DNA of 64,000 nucleotides from Gemmatimonadaceae bacterium (GTDB lineage: Bacteria > Gemmatimonadota > Gemmatimonadetes > Gemmatimonadales > Gemmatimonadaceae): assembly GCA_036377095.1 (NCBI GenBank), contig DASUZC010000014.1:2544-66543 (forward strand). The letters are read 5' to 3'. The notes beneath the pieces are model-generated. The model made no database searches and had not been told where the DNA came from. It saw nothing but the letters and a program-made list of their open reading frames with translations. Shown here in pieces: positions 9,938 to 19,548 of this stretch; position 1 is the stretch's first letter; each line of letters opens with the position of its first letter. The position numbers and the translations under genes were made by a program.

Positions 9938-12562
9938 TCAGGTAGTTTCTCTTTCACCTTTCGCTTCATCGACGAGTCGGGACAATGTTTCCAGAGCCTG
10001 TAGCGGAGTAATAGCATTCGGCTCCAGCCCCTTCAGTTTCTCTACCACAGGATGTGTGGCTGTACCGAACAGCGCCAACTGGTCATCCCTGCTGGCGGTT
10101 CGCACCGAAGGGCGTTTTGCTCGCGGCACGATCTGTTCCGCTTCCAGGAGGTGTAGCAATTCCCTCGCTCGGTCCAGCACCGGCGTCGGAAGTCCGGCCA
10201 ACCGTCCTACCTCGATCCCGTACGATCGGTCCGCACCGCCAGGCTGCAGTCTGTGCAGAAATAACACCTGATCGCCGATTTCCCTCACCTGCACGTTATA
10301 GTTGCGAACTGCTCCTAAATTGTCAGCCAGCTGCGTGAGCTCGTGGTAGTGCGTCGCGAAGATCGTCTTGCAACCGATCTTGTTGTGCATGTGTTCGCTC
10401 ACGGCCCAGGCGATGGAGATCCCGTCGTAGGTCGATGTCCCGCGGCCTATTTCATCCAGCAGAACGAGACTTCTTCGCGATGAAGTGTGCAGAATTGCGC
10501 TGGTCTCCGACATCTCGACCATGAATGTCGATTGGCCCCGCACGAGGTTATCGCTGGCGCCAACGCGCGTGAACAATCTGTCGACGATTCCGATGCGGGC
10601 GCGTGCAGCCGGTACAAAGCTGCCGATCTGCGCCATCAACACTATCAAGCCCACCTGACGCAGCACTGTCGATTTCCCGGCCATGTTTGGTCCGGTGAGG
10701 ATAATCATCCTCGCATCGTCGGTGAGGGTGACGTCATTCGGAATGAATTTCTCGCGCGGCATCATCCGCTCGACCACCGGATGGCGCCCGGCGAAGATCT
10801 CCAGCGTGAAATCCTCGGTAAGCTCCGGCCGCGCGTATCCTTCACGGGCTGCTACTTCAGCGAGTGATGCGAGCACATCGAGCTCGGCGATGACCTGCGC
10901 CAGCGTTTGCAGCCGGCTGACCTGTTCGCCGATTCGCCTTCGCACCTTTTCGAATAGCTCGCGCTCGCGCTCTTCGATCCGCTCGGCCGCCGTAAGCACT
11001 CTCTCCTCGTACTCCTTCAGCGAGGGCGTGACATAACGCTCGGCTCCGGTAAGCGTTTGTCTGCGCTGGTAGTCCGCAGGAACGAGATGCTTGTTGGTGT
11101 TCGTAACCTCGATGAAGTAGCCGAAGATCTTGTTGTAACCGACCTTGAGAGAATTGATTCCCGTTCTGGCTCGTTCCTCTGCCTGAATCTTGGCGATGCC
11201 GTCCTTTCCGCCATCGCGCAGGCCGCGCCAACTATCCAGCTCGCTGTCGATACCAACGCGGATGGTTGGCTCCTCACCGATGGTGATTGGTGGGCGATCG
11301 ACGAGAACGTGCTGGATCTCGATGCAGAGATCCCCACAATCGTCCCAAGCGCTGGTGTGTTGTGTGAACGCCCATCGAGCATCCGGAGTAGTGGGTCGTG
11401 TGCGATCGAGTGCGGTTCTGATTTCCGGGACTCGCGCCAGTGAATCACCGAGTGCTCTCACCTCTCGCGGTGATGCGCGTCCGGCGGCAGTCTTGCTCGC
11501 CAGTCGCTCGACATCCCGCACGCCGTCCAATGCCTCACGAAGAGCTTCGCGAATGAGCAGATCATTGAGTGCTGACACTGCGTCGAGTCGCTGCTCTATC
11601 TTCGATCGTTCAACGAGCGGTGCCAGGAGCCAATGACGGAGCAGCCGGGTACCCATCGGCGTGAGAGTTCGATCGAGGACCGCCAGCAGTGTTCCGGAGG
11701 TCTCGCCCCGCATCGAATCGACCAGCTCGAGATTCCGGCGTGTCATCTCGTCGAGGGGCATCACACCGCCTGGGCGCTCGATTTTCGGTCGGCCCAGGTG
11801 TGGTGTTCCGGATGGCTGCAGTTCTCCCAGATAGCGCAAGAGAGCACCAGCGGCACCCACCGCGGCGGCGTCGTTGTCTTCAATGCCAAATGCGTCCAGC
11901 GAGCCGACCTGGAAATGCTGCAGCAATTGATCTCGCGCGAGCGCACTATCGAACTCCCATGCTTCGCGCTCGGTGACCATCGGGCCTTCCTCACCGATTG
12001 GCCCTTTTAACCCACGCCCGATATCGTGGCCTCGCCCAATGATTATCTCACGCGGCGTGAACCGCGCGAGTGTTGCATCGAGATCTTCTGCACTGACGGT
12101 GGTTAGCCTGAGCTCGCCCGTCGACAGGTCAGCGCATCCCACTCCGACAACATCACCCGCGCGGTTCAGCGCGCAGAGATAGTTGTTACGCGTACTGTCG
12201 AGAAGGTCATCCGAAAATGCCGCACCGGGAGTGACTGTTTCGATCACCTCGCGTTTTACGATACCCTTCGCAAATCGGGGATCTTCAGTTTGCTCGCAGA
12301 TCGAGACGCGAAAACCGTGTTGAACGAGCCGTCTGAGATATTCACCGGCCGCTTTGACAGGTACACCGGCGAGCGGAACCTCGCTGGCTCCCCCGTTGTT
12401 TCTCGACGTAAGGGTTAGACCGAGTGTTCTCGACGCGACTTCGGCGTCCTCGTAGAACATCTCGTAGAAGTCTCCCATCCGGAAGAACAAGATCGCGTCC
12501 TGATGGCGAGCCTTGATCTCCCGATATTGCTGCATCAACGGAGTTGATGCGCCGCGACTCAC
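9938..12562 (-). CDS. mutS: DNA mismatch repair protein MutS
   Basis: TPLMQQY, GDFYE, GPNMAGKS, STFMVEM, DEIGRG, C-terminal QLALF clamp motif; GTG start overlaps the upstream TGA. Confidence 0.97.
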   Translation of the reverse strand: MSRGASTPLMQQYREIKARHQDAILFFRMGDFYEMFYEDAEVASRTLGLTLTSRNNGGASEVPLAGVPVKAAGEYLRRLVQHGFRVSICEQTEDPRFAKGIVKREVIETVTPGAAFSDDLLDSTRNNYLCALNRAGDVVGVGCADLSTGELRLTTVSAEDLDATLARFTPREIIIGRGHDIGRGLKGPIGEEGPMVTEREAWEFDSALARDQLLQHFQVGSLDAFGIEDNDAAAVGAAGALLRYLGELQPSGTPHLGRPKIERPGGVMPLDEMTRRNLELVDSMRGETSGTLLAVLDRTLTPMGTRLLRHWLLAPLVERSKIEQRLDAVSALNDLLIREALREALDGVRDVERLASKTAAGRASPREVRALGDSLARVPEIRTALDRTRPTTPDARWAFTQHTSAWDDCGDLCIEIQHVLVDRPPITIGEEPTIRVGIDSELDSWRGLRDGGKDGIAKIQAEERARTGINSLKVGYNKIFGYFIEVTNTNKHLVPADYQRRQTLTGAERYVTPSLKEYEERVLTAAERIEERERELFEKVRRRIGEQVSRLQTLAQVIAELDVLASLAEVAAREGYARPELTEDFTLEIFAGRHPVVERMMPREKFIPNDVTLTDDARMIILTGPNMAGKSTVLRQVGLIVLMAQIGSFVPAARARIGIVDRLFTRVGASDNLVRGQSTFMVEMSETSAILHTSSRRSLVLLDEIGRGTSTYDGISIAWAVSEHMHNKIGCKTIFATHYHELTQLADNLGAVRNYNVQVREIGDQVLFLHRLQPGGADRSYGIEVGRLAGLPTPVLDRARELLHLLEAEQIVPRAKRPSVRTASRDDQLALFGTATHPVVEKLKGLEPNAITPLQALETLSRLVDEAKGERETT

Positions 12563-13665
12563 CTGTCGGGAGCCCGGACCACAAACCCGCTCATTTGCCT
12601 GGTCTTCATCTCGCGCAATTGCACTTCTGCTACTTTTTCGCTTGGGTATCGACCAATGCGCACACGGAACCAATCGGGCGAGACATCGACGCGCGCTTCG
12701 TAACCACGGCTTTTCAGGCTCCCGGCAAGCTTCTCAGCATCTGCCTTCGTTTTGTACGCAGCTACCTGCACCGAGTATTCCGCTTTTGTCGCACTACTTA
12801 CTGGTGCCGTCTTGATGACAGCTTCCGGTTTCACGGCGACGACAGTCGGCTGCTCTTTGACCACCGGCTTCTCTGTCTTCTCAACGTTAGTGGGCTTTAC
12901 GACAGCTGGTGGCTCCGCCTTTGTCGCTGGCGACTTGGTCGGATCTACGATGCTCGGTTTCGCATCGTTGGCCTCGGCAGGCGGTGTCGGCCGTTTGGTC
13001 TCAACCGGCTTCTCGACAACGCCGGCAGCTGAATCAGCGACGGTTTTAGCTGGTTGTGTGGCCGGCGTTGATTGCGATTGACCTGCGACAGCCGCGGCAG
13101 CTGGAGCCGGACAGCGCTGTCCCTGATATTGGATCTGATTCCGCAGCTCGACTTCGGTGGAGTCGAGCTGCGCGAGGGCGCTGGCGTTGGCCGCGCATCC
13201 GTTGACCAGATCATTCTTCTCGAAAAAGACACGGGCGATCCAATAGTTCGCGCGGGCCAGAGATCTGCTGCGCGGGTAATCACGCGGAATTCGCTGCAGG
13301 TGGCCGATGGCTCCATCACGATCGCCGCGCGCGAGCTCGAGCTGCGCCAGTCGCAACAGTGCCTCGGGCGCTTGCGGCGTCAACGGGTAGTCAACGACGA
13401 TGTGTTTATAATCACTCTCGGCATCCGCGGCGCTCGCGGCGAGGCTTGCCCGCCAGAACAGAGCCTGCGGATACAACGGAGCTGAGGATGGCGTCGCAGC
13501 AATCATCGAATCGATAAGCGCCCTGCCAGCTGCTCCATTTCCGTCGCTCACCAGAGCCTGTGCTCTCACGAACACTGGATCGGTTGGACGCCCGGCAGTC
13601 TGAGCAGACAGGTTCGAGGCGATGAATAATGCGGATACAACGACGAAATATTTCCATCTAAACAT
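12559..13665 (-). CDS. Exported TPR (YbgF/BamD-like) plus SPOR domain protein
   Basis: Signal peptide, TPR-like repeats (DYP..P.APEALL), P/A/K/T linker, C-terminal YSVQVAAY...WFRVRIG. Confidence 0.85.
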   Translation of the reverse strand: MFRWKYFVVVSALFIASNLSAQTAGRPTDPVFVRAQALVSDGNGAAGRALIDSMIAATPSSAPLYPQALFWRASLAASAADAESDYKHIVVDYPLTPQAPEALLRLAQLELARGDRDGAIGHLQRIPRDYPRSRSLARANYWIARVFFEKNDLVNGCAANASALAQLDSTEVELRNQIQYQGQRCPAPAAAAVAGQSQSTPATQPAKTVADSAAGVVEKPVETKRPTPPAEANDAKPSIVDPTKSPATKAEPPAVVKPTNVEKTEKPVVKEQPTVVAVKPEAVIKTAPVSSATKAEYSVQVAAYKTKADAEKLAGSLKSRGYEARVDVSPDWFRVRIGRYPSEKVAEVQLREMKTRQMSGFVVRAPDR

Positions 13666-13681
13666 CTCACTACTCTCCCAT

Positions 13682-14743
13682 TCACGCTGCTACGCTTCGC
13701 GTGTCGGCTGCGCAAAGACTAAGCACCAGCGTTGCCAGCAATTGTTCTTCTGATGAGACACGACTTTCCTTTAGAGCGATGTCGGTCTCGAGCAGGGAAT
13801 CGAGGGCTCGATCGAGCGACTCTCGGCTCCAGCGTTCGGCTGCACGCGCCCAGACAGCGGTGGCCGATCCCCACGGACGACCAGTAAACGCACCGGTCTC
13901 TCGCAACAGATCAAAGTACTCCTGATTGAGCCGAGTCCTTGGCAAACCTTCATCGAGCTTGGCCCGGCCCCAGGAGATCGCGAGCATCTGTGTCGACATA
14001 GCCATGACGACTGAGACGGCTGTTGTTTTCGGCTGTGCCAGAATGTGGGGAATTAACTCCAGCGCGCGGCCCACGTTGCGTTCCGCAATTGCGTCCAGCA
14101 GGTCGGATTGTGTCTCTCCACGGCGTACACCAACGACAGCGGCGACATCGCCCTCACCGACTTCTTCGGACTTACCTTCGACATAGCTCGCCAGCTTATC
14201 CAATTCGCCTGCCAGCTGATAAAGGTCACTTCCTACTGCTGCCTGCAGCAGCTCCGCCGCCTCGCTGGTAATGCGAATGTTGTGGGCAGTCGCGGCGTGG
14301 TGCGAGATCCATTTCGGGATCCGGTCGCCGGTAAGAGGTTCGAATAGAAGTGGTGTGCTCAACGCCATCAATGTTGCATCGTCCTTCGCTCCGCCAGGGG
14401 CGTGAAGGACGAGCAGAAGGTCCGACGCTGGGGATTTCAGATAGGACTCGAGGACTTTCTGGGCGTCCTTTTTCAGGCCGGTCACATCGCGCAGTACGAC
14501 CACTCGGCGCTCCGCCATCATCGGTGGCGTCCCCAGAAGAACACCGAGAGTTTCCCCGTCGAGTTCACTGGCACGCCTGTCATCAAGGTTGAAGTCAACG
14601 GCAGCCGGATCCAGCGCCGCTTCTATCAGCTGCCGGATTGCGTCTTCTTTCTGAAAATCATCCTCTCCAGCGACGTAATAAGCAGGATCAAAAGATCCGC
14701 TCTTGATCGCGTCCCGGAGTGTTTTAAGGGAAGACGGTGGCAT
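13682..14743 (-). CDS. holA: DNA polymerase III delta subunit
   Basis: PAYYVAGED, TPPMMAERRVVVL, ELDKL, DIALK. Confidence 0.93.
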   Translation of the reverse strand: MPPSSLKTLRDAIKSGSFDPAYYVAGEDDFQKEDAIRQLIEAALDPAAVDFNLDDRRASELDGETLGVLLGTPPMMAERRVVVLRDVTGLKKDAQKVLESYLKSPASDLLLVLHAPGGAKDDATLMALSTPLLFEPLTGDRIPKWISHHAATAHNIRITSEAAELLQAAVGSDLYQLAGELDKLASYVEGKSEEVGEGDVAAVVGVRRGETQSDLLDAIAERNVGRALELIPHILAQPKTTAVSVVMAMSTQMLAISWGRAKLDEGLPRTRLNQEYFDLLRETGAFTGRPWGSATAVWARAAERWSRESLDRALDSLLETDIALKESRVSSEEQLLATLVLSLCAADTRSVAA

Positions 14744-14789
14744 GCCCCAAATATATGAGCGCCGTGAGGGGCTGCCGATGTAATCGCTG

Positions 14790-15323
14790 CTAGCGGCTGT
14801 AGTTCGTCAGCTCGAGCTTTGAGTGCGCAAAACGCACCGGGACCTGTTCGGCGAAAAGCGCAGCGGGCCAGAATGTTAAGCCGGCAGAAACCGAGGTCAC
14901 GATTGCCGGAGCCGAGGTAGTGATGGCAGTGAAGTCGGACTCGGGGATGCTGGCTATTACTGGAGGAAGAATGATGTCGCGGGGTGCAGCCGGCTGATTG
15001 AATAACGTAGTGCCGATGTAGCCGAGCATGATCGCACTGGCGAGTGTCGCTGCCAGGGCACCACGTCGGAGATTCTGGTGAGTCATCGCCAGCTGTTCTT
15101 CCTTACAATGCCTCAGACGCACTTCGAGCCGCGCGGAGAAATCCGGCGATGGCTCAATCGAAGGAAGGTTTCGGAAGAGCAGCAGCGAGCGGCGGATTTT
15201 CGCGTCGTGCTTCGCACAGCTCTCGCATTCAGCCATATGTCGCTGCATGCGAACCAGCTCGATACCGGCGAGCGTATCGTCTACGAAGGCTAAATGCTGA
15301 TCACAAAACTCGCGACAATCCAT
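14790..15323 (-). CDS. Zinc-binding (zf-HC2/ZAS) membrane anti-sigma factor
   Basis: MDC...HxxxCxxC, one TM helix, downstream of the ECF sigma gene. Confidence 0.88.
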   Translation of the reverse strand: MDCREFCDQHLAFVDDTLAGIELVRMQRHMAECESCAKHDAKIRRSLLLFRNLPSIEPSPDFSARLEVRLRHCKEEQLAMTHQNLRRGALAATLASAIMLGYIGTTLFNQPAAPRDIILPPVIASIPESDFTAITTSAPAIVTSVSAGLTFWPAALFAEQVPVRFAHSKLELTNYSR

Positions 15324-15388
15324 GTAGATAGGTTGAGGGTTCGGGTACAGGTACCCACCAGTGTGGGGCCTGTTCCCGAACGTCAGCC

Positions 15389-16027
15389 CTAATCTACGTA
15401 TGGAGCGATTATTTCCGCGAACGAGTTCCTTGCCCGGTTAAGACGCGATTTCACCGTGCCCAAATTGCAGTCGGTGATTTCTGCGATCTCCTCGTACGAC
15501 TTGCCTTCCAGCTCTCTGAGGATAAATACATTTCTGTGATGCTCGGGAAGCTTGGCAACGCTCTCCTCGACGATTTCCCTGAGATGACGCTTCCGGTACA
15601 TGTCGTCAGGACGTGAGGTAGTGTCCTCAAACTGCAGGGGACGATCCTCGTCCTGCGAATTCTTCTGCACCGTCTGGAAAAGAACCAGTGGATTCCGCGA
15701 GCGGTTTCTCAGCTCGTTCTTGGCCAGGTTCGAGGCAATCGTATAGACCCATGTCGAAAACTTCTTCGAACGATCGAAGCGATGCAGATGCCGGTAGACA
15801 CGGATGAAAACTTCCTGGACCAGATCCTCTGCTTTTTCGCGGTCTCCGATTGTGCGATAGACGAAGTTCAGAAGACGCGTCTGATATCGGGTCACCAGCT
15901 CTGAGAAGGCGCGCTCCTCTCCACCCAGGAAGGCCGTGACAACGGCTGAGTCATCCATCGCCTGCAGACGCTCCCGGACGGTCGAAACCTCAACCGATAC
16001 TGCTTGCTTACGGACGATGTCAGCCAT
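15389..16027 (-). CDS. ECF RNA polymerase sigma factor
   Basis: AEDLVQEVF, FSTWVYTIASN, SYEEIA, GTVKSRLNRAR; AAGGAG SD before ATG at 16027. Confidence 0.95.
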   Translation of the reverse strand: MADIVRKQAVSVEVSTVRERLQAMDDSAVVTAFLGGEERAFSELVTRYQTRLLNFVYRTIGDREKAEDLVQEVFIRVYRHLHRFDRSKKFSTWVYTIASNLAKNELRNRSRNPLVLFQTVQKNSQDEDRPLQFEDTTSRPDDMYRKRHLREIVEESVAKLPEHHRNVFILRELEGKSYEEIAEITDCNLGTVKSRLNRARNSFAEIIAPYVD

Positions 16028-16112
16028 TCTGCTCTCCTTATATAAGAGACTACGCACAACACTGAATTGTGCACACTCTCCGAAGTGGAACTTTTAAGAC
16101 ACTTGCCACTAA

Positions 16113-16257
16113 TGCACGCCCTATGCCCGGTGTACCATAGAACTAACTAGTTGTGAATCAAGGACTTAAGGCGTTTATGCCCCGCCTGAGCTTGTCCAGA
16201 TTCCGCTAAGTCTGTCCTATTTACATGACATATCAGCGTCTTTGATTGATTAGACGC
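16113..16257 (-). promoter_or_regulatory. Putative sigma54 promoter with IHF site and upstream inverted repeats
   Basis: Minus strand GGGCAT-AGGGC-GTGCA (GG-N10-GC) at 16113-16128; AATCAAGGACTTA (WATCAA-N4-TTR) at 16156-16168; palindromes at 16213-16230 and 16236-16257. Confidence 0.55.
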
Positions 16258-16274
16258 CAATTTGGCCCGAAGGG

Positions 16275-16835
16275 TTAACGACTCAGCCGGAACCCCGCCG
16301 CAAACAGGAGGGCGACTATCGTCTTGCCGTCCTGGATCTCTCCTGCCTGGATCATTTCCAGGGCTTTGGACAGGAGCATAGGCTGAAGTTCCAGGAATTC
16401 GTCCGCCTCGTGCTTAGTCTCTCCGGCGGCCAAACCGGTTGCCATGAAGAGGTGGATTTTTTCGTCGGTGAAGCCAGGCGTGGTGTAGATCGTAGTGAGG
16501 TAGTCGATCCGTTCCGCGGCACAGCCTGTTTCCTCTTTCAGCTCGCGCGCTGCACAAGCTTTTGGATCTTCACCGGGATCGAGCCGCCCTGCCGGTACTT
16601 CGTAGAGATATCCACCTGCCGCATACCGATATTGCCTGATCAGGAGTATTTGCGGATCGTCGCTACTCGGATCACTGAGAAATGGGACAATCGCGCTCGC
16701 GCCGGGGTGACGGATCATCTCGAGCTCGCCGACTGACCCGTCCGGATATCGAACCACATCTACATTCAATGATACGATCCGGCCCGTGTAGACTCGGGTC
16801 GACTTGAGGCGTCCCGGTTCAACCGAGTCAGCCAT
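16275..16835 (-). CDS. NUDIX hydrolase (ADP-ribose pyrophosphatase-like)
   Basis: Nudix box GRLDPGEDPKACAARELKEETG; QYRY; TPGF; IQDGKT. Confidence 0.93.
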   Translation of the reverse strand: MADSVEPGRLKSTRVYTGRIVSLNVDVVRYPDGSVGELEMIRHPGASAIVPFLSDPSSDDPQILLIRQYRYAAGGYLYEVPAGRLDPGEDPKACAARELKEETGCAAERIDYLTTIYTTPGFTDEKIHLFMATGLAAGETKHEADEFLELQPMLLSKALEMIQAGEIQDGKTIVALLFAAGFRLSR

Positions 16836-16838
16836 TCC

Positions 16839-18188
16839 CTAAACCGAGTGGAGCTTGAGCTGGCCGAGCTGCAATTGTGCCACGGAGTCCTTTATGGCTC
16901 CTGCATCACCAACAATCACAGTCTGCAATTGGTCGGGATGAAGATGGTCTTTCGCCGCCTTTAGCACGTCGTCAGTGGTGATTTGCGTCACACGTGTTCT
17001 ATATGTGTCGTAGTAGTCCGGACTCAAGCCATAGATGACGAGATTCGCCAGCGCTGAGGCTATCGCCGTCGTCGTCTCGTAGCGGATCGGGAACACTCCG
17101 TCCAAGTAGTCCCGAGCCAGCGACAATTCCTCTTCTGAAATCTTTTCTGACCGAATCCGGTCGATCTCGGAAAAAATCTCCCGCAGCGCCGGCCCAGTTA
17201 CTTCGCTCTGCACGGCTGTCGAGACGAGAAACGGACCCGGCCCCCGACGCCAGTCGTAGTACGACGAAGCTCCGTAAGTGTAGCCGTGCGCTTCGCGCAG
17301 ATTCATGTTGATCCGCGATCCGAACAGCCCACCCAGTACTGCATTCATCACCAACGTTGGGAAGAAATCAGGATGCTTGCGCGGCAGACCAACGTGTCCA
17401 ACCCGCAGCTCCGACTGCGGCGCGTCAGGCTTATTTACGATATTCACCGTTCGCGCAGTTGCCCGCGGCGATGCAACGAGCACGCGGCCAGAACCTGACC
17501 CCGCCGGCCATCCACCAAACGCTTTGGTGATAAGTGATCGAGCAGTTGCTGAAGTAGTGGCTCCGGCAACCACGACGGTTGTCGAGTGCGTTTTATACTG
17601 GCTGCGGAAAAAGCTCTCGACATCCGCTTTGGTGAGAGCCGTTACGCTCTCTGCACTTCCTGCTTCCGGCCTCGCATACCGGGATTCAACGGCGTAAAGA
17701 AACTCCGAGAATTTTTCGTCCGCCAGGCCGCGTGGTTCCGTCTCCAACTGCAGGATCTCAGCGAGCCGCTCTGCCTTGAGGCGTTCGACCTCTCGCGCAG
17801 GGAACGCGGGATTGCTGATCGCATCGCCAAGCAGGATCGTTGCTTCCTCCAGCCGATCAGCCAGCACCGTCAGCTTGACGAATGCGCTGTCCCAATCGGC
17901 GCCGGATTCGACCGCCGTTCCCAATTGCTCGAAGCGCTCGGTTAGCTGAACTCCATCAAACTCCGACGTACCTTCGAGCAGCGCATCCGCGGTTAGAGCA
18001 GCCACGCCTTCCTTGCCCGCGTTGTCTATCGTAGCTCCGGCATCCACAACTATGAGGATGGTGACGACAGGGAGTTTCTCCACCGGTGCAACCACCAGTC
18101 GCAACCCGCTGGGCAGAACTTCTTCAGTGAATCTTGGAAAGCGGTAGAGTCGCGGAGGCGCCGGTTTCGGACGTACAGCCGTTACCAT
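16839..18188 (-). CDS. M16B peptidase, non-catalytic subunit (cytoplasmic)
   Basis: LGG.F.SRI..NLRE..GYTY motif; no HXXEH; no signal peptide. Confidence 0.9.
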   Translation of the reverse strand: MVTAVRPKPAPPRLYRFPRFTEEVLPSGLRLVVAPVEKLPVVTILIVVDAGATIDNAGKEGVAALTADALLEGTSEFDGVQLTERFEQLGTAVESGADWDSAFVKLTVLADRLEEATILLGDAISNPAFPAREVERLKAERLAEILQLETEPRGLADEKFSEFLYAVESRYARPEAGSAESVTALTKADVESFFRSQYKTHSTTVVVAGATTSATARSLITKAFGGWPAGSGSGRVLVASPRATARTVNIVNKPDAPQSELRVGHVGLPRKHPDFFPTLVMNAVLGGLFGSRINMNLREAHGYTYGASSYYDWRRGPGPFLVSTAVQSEVTGPALREIFSEIDRIRSEKISEEELSLARDYLDGVFPIRYETTTAIASALANLVIYGLSPDYYDTYRTRVTQITTDDVLKAAKDHLHPDQLQTVIVGDAGAIKDSVAQLQLGQLKLHSV

Positions 18189-19498
18189 CAGCCCGCGCTC
18201 ACTGCGGCCGCGAGCATCGACTCGGACTCCACTCCGTCCCGGGGGACATACATCAGCCGGGCGCGATTGTCAGGACCAAACCGCTCCGAGACGAGTGCGT
18301 TTACACGATCCGCTGTGACGGCACGGTAAGCTCCGGCCTGGTCGTTGATCAGATCCGGATTCCTGAAATACGTGGCGAACATCGACAGTCGATCTGCTCG
18401 CTCGCCCGCGGATTGAAGCGAAGAAACGAGATCCGTCTCGATCAGTGAGATAGCTCGATTCACCTCGATTTCCGACACTCCTTCGTTGTACATCGAGTCG
18501 ATTTCTCGCTCCACTTCATCTTCGAGCTGGGACGGTGGGATCTCAGGACGAGCGGTTACGTCAACCACCAGCAGGTCGCTTCCTTTGGCAAGATCGAAAG
18601 TGTAGCACGCTGCCTCGGACGCGATCTGACGCTCACGCACCAATGATCGATGCAGCCGGCTTCCCTTTCTGAGCCCGAGGATCGCCGATGCTACACTCGC
18701 CGCGTAATACTCCTCGCTTCCAAAAATCGGAGACCGAAAGGCGAGAAACAGTCGGGACAGGCTGACATTATCGTAAACGACCTCCCGCAGTGGTTTGCCG
18801 AACACCCGCGGCAGATTCATCGGCGGTAGTGGTGGCTTTCCCGATCCGCGGGGGATCGTGCCGAAGTACTGATCTACAAGTTCTCGTGCGTTGGCTGCCT
18901 CGAAATCGCCGGCAATGGAGAGCACTGCATTGTCCGGCGTGTAGTAGGTCGCGAAGAACTGGGCAATGTCGTCGAGCGACGCAGCCGACAGATCTTCCAT
19001 CGAGCCAATCAGAGAATGCTGGAACGGATGCGTTGGAGGGAAGACCAGTTCCTGCAGCTTCTCCAGCATCGTTCCATACGGCTGGTTATCGACTGCCCAG
19101 CGTCGCTCGTTCTTAACGACGTCCCGCTGAGTGTCGAGCTTTTCCTGCGTCATCGCCGGAAGGAGGTCGCCCATCCGATCAGCTTCCAGCCACAGCGCCA
19201 GCGCCAGCTGGTGCGAAGGTATTGTTTCGTAGTAATTGGTGCGCTCGAGCCAGGTCGATCCATTGAGAGTTCCACCCGCTCGTTGAATCAGCTCGAAGTG
19301 TTCATTCGACCCTACGTGCGCGGAGCCCTGGAAGAGCATATGCTCGAACAGATGCGCAAAACCGGTCCGCCCTGTTTTCTCATTTGCCGAGCCGACGTGG
19401 TACCAGAGATTCACCGCTACGATGGGCGCGGTATGGTCCTCTGATAGCGTTACGTAGAGTCCGTTCTCCAGCTCGTACGTTTCTACCGGAATTCGCAT
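18188..19498 (-). CDS. M16B peptidase, catalytic subunit (cytoplasmic)
   Basis: GFAHLFEH, NGST, VVKNERR; start MRIPVETY. Confidence 0.92.
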   Translation of the reverse strand: MRIPVETYELENGLYVTLSEDHTAPIVAVNLWYHVGSANEKTGRTGFAHLFEHMLFQGSAHVGSNEHFELIQRAGGTLNGSTWLERTNYYETIPSHQLALALWLEADRMGDLLPAMTQEKLDTQRDVVKNERRWAVDNQPYGTMLEKLQELVFPPTHPFQHSLIGSMEDLSAASLDDIAQFFATYYTPDNAVLSIAGDFEAANARELVDQYFGTIPRGSGKPPLPPMNLPRVFGKPLREVVYDNVSLSRLFLAFRSPIFGSEEYYAASVASAILGLRKGSRLHRSLVRERQIASEAACYTFDLAKGSDLLVVDVTARPEIPPSQLEDEVEREIDSMYNEGVSEIEVNRAISLIETDLVSSLQSAGERADRLSMFATYFRNPDLINDQAGAYRAVTADRVNALVSERFGPDNRARLMYVPRDGVESESMLAAAVSAG

Positions 19499-19548
19499 TG
19501 TCGTAAATTGCCCGCCATGCAAAGCCACTGGAACCCCCTCGCCCACAG

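Noticed and set aside
12760-13110. P/A/K/T-rich quasi-repeats in the SPOR protein
   Set aside because: Ordinary low-complexity linker, not a DNA repeat array.
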